DNA of 64,000 nt from Octopus sinensis (GCF_006345805.1 NC_043016.1:8742001-8806000); one strand, 5' to 3'. Shown: positions 12,831-26,339, numbered from the stretch's first letter. Numbers and translations are program-made. The notes: generated from the letters alone by a model not told the origin.

Positions 12831-13728
12831 TTATATTATATATAGAGATATTTATACTGTGAAACTTGACTTCATACTAAATTGAATTTTTCCCTGTAAG
12901 TTTGGAGTTATACTCCCTAATATTATTATTATTATTGTTGTGTGTGTGTGTGTATGTGTGTGTGTGTGTATACAGTAATGCTTCATAGTATGAGTTTAAT
13001 TTGTTCCATGACTGAGCTCATTTTACAATTTACTCGTTTTACAAATCAATTTTACCCCATTGAAATTAATTTAAATATAATTAATCCATCCAGCCCCCAA
13101 AACCAACCAAAAACACAAACCACTCCGCAGAGTGGACTGAGTGCTTGTTACATGGCACAAGCACATGCAAGGTCAGTTTTGGCAGGATTTTTACGGCTGG
13201 ATGCTCTTCTAAACACCAACCACTTTACAGTGTGGACTGGATACTTTTTTAAGTGGCACCAGCACTGGCTGAGTCATCAAGTAACTTGCAAGACAAGGAT
13301 CCTTTAAGAGTGGAGGAGCATTGGAGGAGGGGATCTTGTGTCAGATGATGAAAAGACTGTAGTGAGACAGAGAGACAGAAACAGGTGTTTTGCTGTAGGG
13401 GAGGTACAAGGTTACTCAGCCAGAGAGAATGCAGGGAGAGAGAGAAAGAAAGAAAATGAGGACCGAAACAGGTGTGTTGCTGTAAAGGAGATTCATTGTT
13501 ACCCAACCTGAGTGGAAGAGCAGGAGATGAAGAGGGAGAGAGTGAGAAACAGCAAGAGTGCAAGAGAGAGAGAGAGGAAGAGAGAGATGATGGCAAAATG
13601 CTGGGCATACTTACAAGGGACAAGGATCAGAATATAAATAGGATGGTTGAGTAAAAGGAGAGAGAGAGAGAGAGAAATGGTGGCAAGTGCCAGGGCATAC
13701 CTTTTATGGTATGGAGGCCATGATTTAA

Positions 13729-14329
13729 GGCGGCGAGCTGGTAGAAATGTTAGCATGTGGGGCGGAATGCTTAGCGGTATTTCGTCTGCCACTACGTTCT
13801 GAGTTCAAATTCCGCCGAGGTCGACTTTGCCTTTCATCCTTTCGGGATCGATAAATTAAGTACCTGTTACACACTGGGGTTGATATAATCGACTTAATCC
13901 ATTTGCCTGTCCTTGTTTGTCCCCTCTATGTTTAGCCCCTTGTGGGTAGTAAAGAAATAGGTATTTCGTCTGCCGTTACATTGAGAGTTCAAATTCCGCC
14001 GAGGTCGACTTTGCCTTTCATCCTTTCGGGATCGATAAATTAAGTACCTGTTACACACTGGGGTTGATATAATCGACTTAATCCATTTGCCTGTCCTTGT
14101 TTGTCCCCTCTGTGTTTAAGCCCCTTGTGGGTAGTAAAGAAATAGGTATTTCATCTGCTGCTATGTTCTGAGTTCAAATTCCGCCAAGGTTGACTTTGTT
14201 TTTCATCCTTTTGGGGTCGATTAAATAAGTACCAGTTATGCACTGGGGCTGATATAATCGACTTAATCCATTTGTCTGTCTTTGTTTGTCCTCTCTGTGT
14301 TTAGCCCCTTGTGGGTAGTAAAGAAATAG
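13729..14329 (+). mobile_element. tRNA-derived SINE ('family A'): one head plus three ~184-bp bodies. Other copies: 4032-4192(-), 16504-16734(-), 18712-19126(+, x2), 20900-21315(-, x2), 24673-24903(+), 25215-25457(-), 27864-28340(-, two full), 31003-31228(-), 41505-42265(+, x4)
   Basis: Head GGCGGCGAGCTGGCAGAA..TTAGC, B box GAGTTCAAATTCC, conserved GCCTTTCATCCTTTCGGGGTCGATAAA domain. TSDs GTCCTGTACC (16494/16735) and GTATAACCTG around the 18712 copy. Confidence 0.9.
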
Positions 14330-14500
14330 ATATAAGTGGTAGAGTATTGCCAAAGAAGCACGAGTATAGAGTGGGGGAGTAGAATGTAGTGAATGATGAA
14401 AACCTGGGTATGTAGTGGAGGGACTTACTGGATAACAATGATACAGTGAACAGGGCCATGAAGACAGGAATGGAGAGTTAGAGATAATTCCCCCCAGTTA

Positions 14501-14539
<39 letters not shown>

Positions 14540-14612
14540 GTACTTGGAGAAGAAGAAGAATGGAACGAAACAAACGAATCGAATCGAATCGACGCAAGGG
14601 CGCTGTCAAACA

Positions 14613-15160
14613 ATAGTGTAATAAATAAAATATATGCATACATACAAACATATATGTACGTACCTACATCTACATGTACATATATATGCATATATAAATG
14701 TATACGTAAGAACAGGACAACACAACTAGACGTAGAACTCAATGAGAAACGAAAACAGAAAAACAAGCATGGAACAAACCATTTTTTTACAACAGAAAAA
14801 CAGAGTACAAGACAAACTACACAAGGAAAAATCCCCTTCATCAGCTGTCCCTAGTTCGACTCTAGCGTGTTTCGAAAGTAAGACAGAACACGACTCATCG
14901 AAACTAGCCCTTCCTGCGAGAGAATTAAAATAAAATTACTTCGCAGAGGGGTAAAAACAAGAAAGAAAAAAATAAAATGTAACACAAACAGGACGTAAAA
15001 ACGATACAAATAAAAATACAAAATAAATTACAAGATAAAAATACATTTATCTAGTTGTGGTGTCCTGTTCTTACATATATATTTATATATGCATGTATAT
15101 GTACATGTAGATGTAGGTACGTACATATATGTTTGTATGTATGCTATATTTTATTTATTA

Positions 15161-15166
<6 letters not shown>
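14613..15166. mobile_element. Fold-back element with ~115-bp inverted arms enclosing a degenerate hammerhead-like motif; related collapsed palindrome at 16377-16826
   Basis: Arms 14613-14730 and 15050-15166 are reverse complements. The same arm sequence (ATATATGTACGTACCTACATCTACATG) forms the 16377-16826 palindrome. Confidence 0.8.
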
Positions 15167-15211
<45 letters not shown>

Positions 15212-16326
15212 CATCATCTTCATCATCATTTAAAATTTGCTTCTATGCTGGCATGGGTTGGACAGGTTGTCTGAAAACTGGTAAGCTGAGAGTTGCACTA
15301 AGGTTTCCATCTGATTGGCATGGCTTCTACAGCTGGATGCCCCTCCTAATGCCAAGCACTCCAAGCATGTAGTGGGTGCTTTTTACATGCCACCAGCATG
15401 GGTGCCAGTTACAAAACACCGACATTGGCCATAACTATGATTTCACTTGGCTTGACAGGTCTTCTCAAGAATAGTATATTACCAAACGTCTTGATCATGA
15501 TCACTTGTCACTGCCTCCATGAGAACGCAAAGATCGAAGAGTGCTTTTTACATGCCACTGGCATGGGTGCCAAGTATGAGACACTGGCATCAGCCACAAC
15601 TACTTAAACAACCATATTCTCTTATTTCATGGGAATTACAATATCCGGAGTGATTGCTGACAACAGTTCTCAGCTGAAGTGCCCACATCAGCAGTAAAGC
15701 CATTATGACTCACAGGATGAGATCTTGGATCCTCAGAACTTTCAGGTCCAGAGAGCAAGGTATCATCATTTCCCTTTTTCCCCCTTTTCACCACACAAAG
15801 ACTACTGCTGCCAACTGTGGCCTCCCCACACAAAACAAAACATTACAAGAATTGAGTCAACCTAGAGGGCATTTCCAAAAGAAATCAAGGACATGACTGA
15901 GGAGCCTTCATAAAGTCTAAAAGCGAGTTGTTTAGTTGGTGCCATCATAAGAAAAAATTCATGCTGAAGACATGGAATTCCCTTCTTGCTGGCTAGTAAA
16001 TAAAAATTGTACATAAATTGTACACAAATAGTGCTGATCAAAGGGAGATAACACCATCTCACATAGAAGGGAGTTCCACATTGAAAAAATTTCATTTCTG
16101 GAGGTTTTTTTTCACAAACTTACTGACCAAGATGGTATTCTTATCTCCATTAGCAAAGAGTTTATGTCCCTCTGGCCGGCATCTTTGATGAGTTGACTAT
16201 ATTGCTAAGAGCAGTAACAGACATGAAACCAATGGTAACTTTCTGACCAGCCATAACCAATGACTACATTAAATATGTAGAAACGTGAGTTTAATGTGTC
16301 ATGCATGCTAGAACATTGTTAATCAG

Positions 16327-16368
<42 letters not shown>

Positions 16369-16868
16369 TAATCATAAAATTAATAAATAAAACATATGCA
16401 TATATACAAACATATATGTACGTACCTACATCTACATGTATATATACATGCATATATGGGTACAGGACACCCATTGTGTTCGATTTTTTTGGTGTCCTGT
16501 ACCTATATATATTTCTTTACTACCCACAAGGGGCTAAACACAGAGGAGACAAACAAGGACAGACAAACGGGTTAAGTCGATTACATTGACCCCAGTGCGT
16601 AACTGGTACTTAATTTATCGACCCCAAAAGGATGAAAGGCAAAGTCGACCTCGGTGGAATTTGAACTCGGAACGTAACGGCAGACGAAATACGGCAACGC
16701 ATTTCGCCCGGCGTGCTAACGTTTCTGCCAGCTCGTCCTGTACCCATATATGCATGTATATATACATGTAGATGTAGGTACGTACATATATGTATGTATA
16801 TATGCATATGTTTTATTTATTAATTTGTTATACGACAGAACGCACGCATCCATTTCTAAGTACGTTTG

Positions 16869-16916
<48 letters not shown>

Positions 16917-17183
16917 TGCAGGTATGGCCATGCGATAAGACTTTATTTCCCAATTACACAGTTCTGGGTTCAGTCCCTCAGCATGGTACCTTGGCCAAGT
17001 AAAGCCTTGTTAGTGGGTTTGGTTGACAGAAACTGAGAGAAGCCCATGATGTGTGTGAGTCTTAGTGTTTACATCCCCACAGCTTAGTATTTTGACAAAG
17101 AAGACTGATGGAATGACTACCAGGCTTAAAAGGAAAAAGTACTGGGGGTCGATTCAGAGCAAAGACTGAAACAGGTAAAAGAA

Positions 17184-17556
17184 TCTATATATATATATAT
17201 AAATGGCAAAAAGTCTGGCTGTGTGTGTGTCCTTTATACAAATCCACAATTTTTCAGTTAGAGGGCTCGCACTTTCTATGGTCATTCAAAACCGTCCAAG
17301 GGTGGTCTAGCACATCTTTACATTTCCCCAGTCACCCCGCAAAATCATTAAAAAATCAATAGAAGTGACTTTTTTTGTGAATTTTCTATCCAAAACCCAA
17401 TCAAAATGCCCGAAACTTGATACGCTAATTGAATACCAGCTAGCTGTATGTGATTGGTCGGAGATTTGGACAGTACTCATGTGTATGTGCGCACGCACGC
17501 AGCTGTATATGCATGCACTAGCACTATGACCCGACGTTGCCAGGTCAATATGTTAG
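17184..17556 (+). mobile_element. Non-autonomous Helitron, second family; copy at 32373-32734; 5' fragment at ~18012-18085
   Basis: TC(TA)nAA start, 3' hairpin GACCCGGCAACGCCGGGTC, degenerate CTAG end; copies closely similar. Confidence 0.82.
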
Positions 17557-19567
17557 TTCATGAATAAAAGAATATATCTCAAAACTTCAGTCAGTCCTGC
17601 TTGTTTGGATTTAGGTTTTCAAGTGTTTCAACTGTAACTATCATGTCTGTTTTTCAGATTAAACATCCACCGAGTCAGCTTTTCTTTTCTTTTTTTTTTT
17701 TTGGTAAGGGAGATTTGGATGCTCTTTTTAGTAGGCTGATTGCTCCCTTCTTTTGCTAAAGTCTGAACAGTAAATAAAATTCTGTTTTGCGTTTTGCCAA
17801 ATAATATACCTTCAGCTTTTACTTGTTTCTGTCACTGGGCATGCTGGAATACCACCTCCTTTGTAAGCCTAGTAACTTTTTCTATCGGTCTCTTTTGCCG
17901 AACTGCTAAGTTATAGGGACGCAAACACACCAGCATCGGTTGTCAAGCGATGTTGGGGGGGGGGGGACAAACACAGACACACAAACATACACACACGCAC
18001 ACACACACACATCTCTCTATATATAAACAGCAAAATGTCTGTGTGTGTGTGTGTGTGTCCTTTATACAAATCCACAATTTTTCGGCCAATGACTTGATGG
18101 CACCAAATGTGCTCGTATAAGATCTAGAATGCACTCTGTAAAGATGGCTGCAGAGGAAATGCGTTTTGCATTCAAAGACTTCAGGGAAAACAAAAGTAAA
18201 ATATTTTTTTTATATTATGGGGTTACAGTGCAGGGACAGTAACCCAAGGTTAAGAGGCAAAGAGTTATGTCCCTGGTGAGAGAGAGAGAGAGTGACAAAG
18301 AAAGAGAGAGAAAGAGAGAGAGAGAGAAAGAGAAAGAGAGAGAGAGAGAAAGAGAAGCTAAAGGCAGAATCATGGCATAGAAAGACAGAAAGGAAAAGTG
18401 AAAGTGAGAGGAAACGAAAAAGGATGAGAAGAAGGGAGAAAAAAAAGAGAGGATAAAGGAAGAAAAGAAGGAAGAGCGAGAGGATAAGCAAAAGAAGGGG
18501 GAAGAGAAAGAAAGTGCTGGTGGAATGAAGCTGAGAAGAAATATAAGATGGAGTAAAGGTGTACAGGTGTACACAAGAAATGTTCAGGTAGAAGGAACAT
18601 TAAACCCAATGCCCTTATGACAAGCTGAACCCAGTATCTGATTAGATATTTCTGTTCATGCAAATAAAGTGTAAAGTTCTATGATTTGGCATTCAGGTAT
18701 AACCTGTGCACGGCGGTCAGCTGGCAGAATCGTTAGCACGTCGGGCGAAATGTTTAGCGGTATTTCGTCTGCTGCCACGTTCTGAGTTCAAATTCCGCCA
18801 AGGTCGACTTTGCCTTTCATCCTTTCGAAGTTGATAAATTAAGTACCAGTTATGCACTGGGGTCGATGTAATCGACTTAATCCATTTGTCTGTCCTTGTT
18901 TGTCCTCTCTGTGTTTAGCCCCTTGTGGGTAGTAAAGAAATAGGTATTTCATCTGCCGTTACATTCTGAGTTCAAATTCCACCGAGGTTGACTTTGCCTT
19001 TCATCCTTTCGGGGTCGATAAATTCAGTACCAGTTATGCACTGGAGTCGATGTAATCGACTTAATCCATTTGTCTGTCCTTGTTTGTCCTTTCTGTGTTT
19101 AGCCCCTTGTGGGTAGTAATGAAATAAGTATAACCTGGGCATAAGAGAGTTTTTACATATTTCTCTTTTCCCCTCAACATAGTCTGCATTTTCTGTTGCC
19201 ATTAGAATATGGCTTGCATTTCTCTAATTGCTTCCTATGTTATCAAAGTTAGCAGCCATCTCCTTCAAATATTATGTATGCTTAGGCAGAAGAGGTTATG
19301 TTCTGTTTATCACACCTCCCAGATGAGGTGATATGGTTAGTATGGTTTTCTTGAATGGACTTTTCATGTGTTCGATGTAGTGCTTTGTGTAAGATTGTCC
19401 AGCCCCCTGGGGCTTGGCTTTTGCTTCATACTTAATGGCCACTGTATGTGTGTGTAGAGAGAGAGGGGGGGAATAGACAGACGGACAGACAGACTGGTCA
19501 TCAGACAGAAATTAACTTTTCAAACAGAACAATATATTGTGTTGTTCCAAAAGTCCATATATATACT

Positions 19568-19605
<38 letters not shown>

Positions 19606-20099
19606 TTAATAGCCTTGTTCCATGCTGGCAGGATCATCTGGTTGGCAAGCAAGCTACTTACCACACAGCCACTCCTGCACCTATATCATGTACTACATTG
19701 TTTTAAGTGTAATTCTATTTTTCTGATCTGAATAAAATTTGGCTGCTATTTTTGCAATTCAAATGACTGCTTGGGGGCTCCCATATTTGTTGCTAATTTG
19801 CACTAGACTAGCTATGACCAAATTAAACTATAGTAAGAAACATTTCATCAAAATCATCCTGTATTCTTGTTTATCGTGAACTACACTATGTAATGTGTTA
19901 TTCCTTTTTTAAAAATAGGAATTTGAAGAAGTTGTGGCTGCTATTTCTAGCAGCTTGAATGACTGCCCAGAGGCTGGTGACAGTCTTTGCCAGCATGTAT
20001 TTGAGTATATTACTGTGTGTATTCATTAGTCTATAAGTGTATATTGATATTACTTGTGTCTATATACTTACGTTACTGTGAATGTTTTAAGAGAGATTT

Positions 20100-20724
20100 A
20101 TCATACATACATACATACATACATACACACATACACATATATATATACATACATACATACATACATACATACATACACACATACATATATATACATACAT
20201 ACATACACACATACATTCACACATACATACATACTTACATATACATACATACACACATACATGCATACTTACATATACATACATTCATATACATACATTC
20301 ATACATACATACATACATACATTCACACATACATACTTACATATACATACATACACACATACATTCACACATACATACATTACATACATATACACACATA
20401 TATATATATATACATACATACATACGTTACATACACACATACATTCACACATACATACATACATACTTACATATACATACATACACACATACATTCACAC
20501 ATACATACATTCATACATACATACATACATTCACACATACATACGTACTTACATATACATACATACACACATACATTCACACATACATACATACATACAT
20601 ACATACATACATACATACATACATACATACATACATACATACATACATACATACATACATACATACATACATACATACATACATACATACATACATACAT
20701 ACATACATACATACATACATACAT
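20100..20724. repeat. (CATA)n microsatellite array
   Basis: Direct inspection. Confidence 0.97.
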
Positions 20725-21623
20725 GTTTTGACTTCCTTATTTTGTACAACATAAGTGTAGAAAGTTAAGCAGCTACATCTAAGGACTGAAACCTGACCAC
20801 AATTCAACACGTAGTAAATACATTTTTGTTGTTGTTATTGCTGTTCTCTATCAAATTTTAGTTGGGGAATAAAAGGTATTTACTGGTTATCTACATATAT
20901 ATATCTTTATTGCCCACAAGGGGCTAAACACAGAGGGGACAAACAAGGACAGACAAAAGGATTAAGTTGATTACATCGACCCCAGTGCGAAACTGGTACT
21001 CAATTTATCGACCCCTAAAGGATGAAAGGCAAAGTCGACCTCGGCGGAATTTGAACCCAGAACGTAACGACAGACGAAATACCTATTTCTTTATTACCCA
21101 CAAGGGGCTAAACACAGAGGGGACAAACAAGGACAGACAAACGGATTAAGTCGATTACATCGACCCCAGTGCGAAACTGGTACTCAATTTATCGACCCCG
21201 AAAGGATGAAAGGCAAAGTCGACCTCGGCGGAATTTGAACTCAGAACGTAACGACAGACGAAATACCTCTAAGCATTTCGCCCGGCATGCTAACGTGTCT
21301 GCCAGCTCGCCACCTTCTACCTACATATAAGCTGCTCATTTTGTTAAAATGTATTTATGACTTAAAACACAGGACACATAAAAATATAAAAACAATACTT
21401 TTCTATTCTTTTGTCAATATGTGATTCGTTGTAAATGTACAGCTTCTTATATAACACCAATTGCAAGAAAAATAAAATTTTGTAGATCCAATATTTTCTA
21501 AATTATGTGTTATTATCAACACGGATCTCCAGGGAAATTACAAAACAAAATACAATTTTGATTGTTTTTGTATGTTTATGTTTACCTATGTGTGTGAGTG
21601 TGTGAGACAGAAATGGTAAGTTA

Positions 21624-21624
<1 letters not shown>

Positions 21625-21674
<50 letters not shown>

Positions 21675-21950
21675 TGAGAGAAAGAAAAAATAGAGAGAGA
21701 GAGAGAAAGAAAGTGAGAGAAAGAAAGAGTAAGAGAAAAATAGAGAGAAAGAGAGAGAGAGAGAGAGAAAGCAGGAGAGAAAGAAGGAAAGAGAGAGAGA
21801 AAGAAAGAGAGAGAGAAAGAAAGAGAAAGAGAGAAAGAAAGAAAGAAAGAGAGAGAAAAAGGAAGAGAGAGAGAGAATGCAAACGGAAGGGAGAAAGAAA
21901 GGAAGAGAGAGAAAGAAAGAGAGAGAGAGAGAATGCAAAAGGAAGGGAGA
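21625..21950. repeat. (GA)n/GAAA purine tract; similar tract at 18275-18540
   Basis: Direct inspection. Confidence 0.95.
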
Positions 21951-22685
21951 GCATTCATGTCACTATTTCCAAGTGTTTTCTCGTTAGACAAAGCAAATAT
22001 ATAAATGACATTAAACGAAACACATTCCATTCTTACAACTATTTACTTAGCAATAGCATCAGGCTGTAATGAGCGAGTGTCCGCGCGCGCGTGCTATGCC
22101 TAGTGCATGTGCTTGGGTGCATTCCTATATGCCGTGTGTGAGAGTGTGCTATGTCTAATGTATGCGTTAGTGTGCATTTCTATATGACGTGTGTGTGTGT
22201 ATATGCTGCATTTAAATGTGTGCATTTCTAAATGCCATGTGTGCGTGTGTTCGCGCTCGATATATACATGATCATTATATTTACCTAACAGACAAGATAT
22301 AAATAAAACTGCTGCATACATATCACGGCCAAAACACTCTAATTGTCAGAATCGAAGATAGTAGCATCTGCTTCGTTCTAATACTGCACGAAGTAATAGC
22401 CAAATCTCCCTCAGATCACACATTCTACCGTCTTCAACTTGAGGAATAACAGATTAGAGAGTGTTGTCACTGATTATATAAAGAGACAGAATGGTCACGG
22501 CTGGAGTGCTTTTTACTACATATCTGCTTGTTTAGGGTTATCCTGGGGACTAGGGCTAAATTATAACACCAAGGGAGCCTCTATGCAGAGAGTCAATCTG
22601 CAAGAAATAGCTGTCAAATCTTCCTCACATTATGTACTACAAAAGTCAAATTTTACTTTTTATGAATGCATATGTGTGTGTGGTG

Positions 22686-22808
<123 letters not shown>

Positions 22809-23276
22809 CAGCTTTGATTGCAGGAGATCCATAAAGGATTGAGTCGTATCAAAGTGAAGCATGCCACAAATTTGCTACACAGAATTAATAATGACACAAG
22901 ACAAGCAGCTAAATAATCCTTTATTATAGCACAGCCACAATTTGTTGCTTCCCAATCATATGGTTTCAGGTTCAGTCCCACTGCATGGCACTTTGGGCAA
23001 GTGTCTTCTACCATAGCCTTGAATCAGCCTTGGGCAAGTGTATTCTGTTATGGAGTGATGGAAACTGAAAAGAGTCTGTCACATACATACATATATACAA
23101 CCATACATCAATGAAGGGAAGTTCATTGTTGTTAGGTAATCCACAATTCCAATAGTATCCAACAATGAACAAAACCCTAAGTGTGGTTAGAAAATTACTA
23201 TTTTTAAATCTCACAGCGAGAGATATTCAGCAACAGTACTTTGAAGTAAAGATTTTTGCCAACATAACATGGAAAT

Positions 23277-23631
23277 CCTGGTTTAGGACTAATGTTGCTG
23301 TAATTTAGCCCCAGGAGACATCATCTCCAGCTGGCTATACAACACGATCAATGTCCTTATATTTTCGAATTTATAGATCAGTGACTAGTTGTCACTTTGA
23401 AAACTATATATTTCAAACAGGAATTTGGCAGTACCACCTCTAGCCGAACAATTATTCAGTGCTGATGAAGAGAAATAACCCAGAAATCATGATACACAGA
23501 TATTGTTTTGGACTGAATGGGGGTACTAGATTCCCTTGTTCGAAAATATAAAGACACAGATCGTGTCATAAAGCCAGCTGGAGACAATGTCTCCTGGGGC
23601 TAAATTACAGCAACATTAGTCCTAAACCAGG
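23277..23631. mobile_element. Fold-back element with ~93-bp inverted arms and a central hammerhead-like motif
   Basis: Arms 23277-23369 and 23539-23631 (CCTGGTTTAGGACTAATGTTGCTG...TTCGAA); no convincing TSD. Confidence 0.85.
23456..23500 (+). ncRNA. Minimal type I hammerhead ribozyme-like motif (degenerate stem II)
   Basis: tcagtg-CTGATGA-agagaaataaccca-GAAA-tcatga-TA-cacaga; stem I gtg/cac, palindromic stem III ATCATGAT. Confidence 0.6.
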
Positions 23632-24255
23632 TAGTGTCAGAGCTATGCCGTCAGGAACTTTAGTTCCTGGTAGGGCCACCCAAGGCGGATTGGTCTGACA
23701 CCGAGTGGTATTAGGGCCACAACCCGGCAGACGGGGCACTGGTGAAAATCCTCAGAGTGTCTGCTTCGGTAAAAAGTGGCTCCTTGGTCATTCTGTCCCT
23801 GCGTCTGCGGACAATCTGTGGCAAACAGGATGTCTCCACATGCGGGATTGTTGGGGACCGCTTGTGAAATCCACATGTTCCCACGAAACTTCTTCCATGA
23901 GTAGAAGAAGCCGACTCAACCCACCCAGGGTGAATGTTGCCACAAGTACAAGTAAGTAAATTTTGATACTAGGTATGAATCATCATAATAAAGGTAACTG
24001 TTTCCAATATTCTGATGGCTTCAAGTCCTCCATGCCCGCTAACTTTTTCTCAACTACAACTTTCATTTTCAGGTTCTCCGACACTGTTAACTGTTCACCA
24101 ATACATGAAGCTGTTCTTGAAACGAGGAAACATAAAAAAATTGTCAAATTTAGCTCAAATGCCCTGTAAATGTTTAATTCAAATAGGAAAAGACACTGGC
24201 TGCAATATTTTGAGACAAAATATTATAGCTGGTGCTGTCTCCCTTTTGAATATAT

Positions 24256-24596
24256 CTGAGACCCCCTTCGGTCACAACACAGACCATGGGATTGCACCTA
24301 GGAAGTTACCCTCCTAGACACAAGTCCGGGCAAGGTTGTTTATAGAAGACCAGCAGTTGCCCATGCATACCAGCCTCCCCTTTCCATGCCACCAGTGTTA
24401 TCCAAGGGAAAGACAAAGGTCGATACAGTTTGGCACCTGTGACGTTGCAACTCATTTCTATAGCTGAGTGAACTGGAGCAACGTGAAATAAAGTTTCTTG
24501 CTCAAGAACACAACACGCAGCCCAGTCCGGGATTCGAGCTCACAACCTCACGATCATAAGCTCGATGCTCTAACCACTGAGCCATACGCCTTCACA
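24256..24596 (-). mobile_element. tRNA-derived SINE ('family C')
   Basis: Minus-strand head TGGCTCAGTGGTTAGAGCA...CTCGAATCCCGG; flanking direct repeat TTTGAATATAT. Confidence 0.85.
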
Positions 24597-26110
24597 TTTG
24601 AATATATAATATAAATATTATATACATTGTTATTTTTATCTAAGGCTGTTTTAAGTGGATATGTATTAATGTAGGCGGTGAGCTGGAAGAAACGTTAGCG
24701 CGCCGGGCGAAATACTTAGCGGTATTTCATCTGCCGTTATGTTCTGAGTTCAAATTCCGCTGAGGTCAACTTTGCCTTTCATCTTTCGGGGTCGATAAAT
24801 GAAGTACCAGTTACGCACTGGGGTCGATGTAATAAACTTAATCCCTTTGTCTGTCCTTGTTTGTCCCATCTATGTTTAGACCCTTGTGGGCAATAAAGAA
24901 ATAAGTAGGTGTGTGTGTGTGTATTCAAAATGTTTGCATATATGAATTGAATTGTTTGATTAGAATCGCAGATGAACAATTTAAGAAGCTTCAGCTTTTA
25001 ATAATAGAATTACTGTTTGCAAATTTTGACACAAGGTCAGGGGTAAGTTTATTGCGTCGACCCCAGTGCTCAACTGGTACATATTTTATCGATCCCAAAA
25101 TGATGAAAGGCAAAGTCAACCTTGATGGAATTTCAACTCAGAACGTAAAGACAGACGAAGTTCCACTTAGCACTTCGCCTGCTGCTAAGCATTTTACTTG
25201 GTGTGTTAACGATTCTTATTTCTTTATTGCCCACAAGGGCAATAAAGGGTTAAACACAGAGGGGACAAACAAGAACAGACAAACGGACTAAGTCGATTAC
25301 ATTGACCCCAGTGCATAACTGGTACATAATTTATCAACCCCGAAAGGATGAAAGGCAAAGTCGACCTCGCCGGAATTTGAACTCAGAACATAATGGCAGA
25401 CGAAATATCGCTAAGCATTTCGCCCAGCATGCTAATGTCTCTGCAAGCTCGCCGCCTTAATAATAGTAATAATAGTCACATCTAACCTAAGCAAAAAGCC
25501 TGGTATTTGTGGTGGTGGTAGTGGTGGTGGTGGTGGTGGTTGTGGTGGCAGTGGTAGCAGCGGTGGTTGGAGGAAGAAGTTATTCAATTAAATCGACCCT
25601 AACACTTGACAAGCACTTTATGTTGTTGACCTCAGAAGGATGAAACCAAAGTTAAAAGTTGACCTCGGAAGAATTTCGTAGACCAGGAGGACATCCGGTC
25701 ATAAAACGCAGATTTAATAAGTATTTCTCTAGCTTTGCTTAGCATTAAACATACAAAAAGGAAAAGGAAAACCAGCAAAAAAAAAGTAATATGAATGTTT
25801 CAGCAAGTACTTTGGAAAATTCTCTGTCATTGTGCGTGTGTGTATGTGTGTGTGTGTGTGTGTGTGTGCGTGTGTGTGTATCTTTTACTTGCTTCAGACT
25901 GTGGCTATGCTGGGGCAATGCCTTGAATTATTTTTAGTCAAACGAATCCACCCTAATATTTTTTCAAGACTGGTACTTACTTTATTAATCTCTTTTGCCA
26001 AATTACTAAATTATGGGGATGCAAACACACCGGGTAGTCATGATGGGTATACTGGGCTTCATACATTTTACCCCAGTATCACTTTGATGGCATGCACTGC
26101 TCTCTCACTC

Positions 26111-26140
<30 letters not shown>

Positions 26141-26141
<1 letters not shown>

Positions 26142-26339
26142 TTTCAGACAAATACATAACAAAAACACCAGGACTTACAAACACATATAACATACAGAAA
26201 ATAGCACTACTAGACACTGCACACTTTCCATACAATAACCATCAGAGCATCACAACAAATCACAGCACATACCCAAGGCACACAGAGCTGCACTCGGTAG
26301 TGAAGTGAAAGCACATTATAAAAATAAAACTACTGAATG

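Noticed and set aside
20017-20810. Long HTYI/MYVC ORFs, and similar ones at 47156-48068, 51381-51881, 52610-53256, 56690-58018
   Set aside because: Translations of (CATA)n/(TA)n microsatellites.
21481-21622. Possible exon ending ATG|GTAAGT
   Set aside because: Isolated donor, expected by chance; no coding signal.
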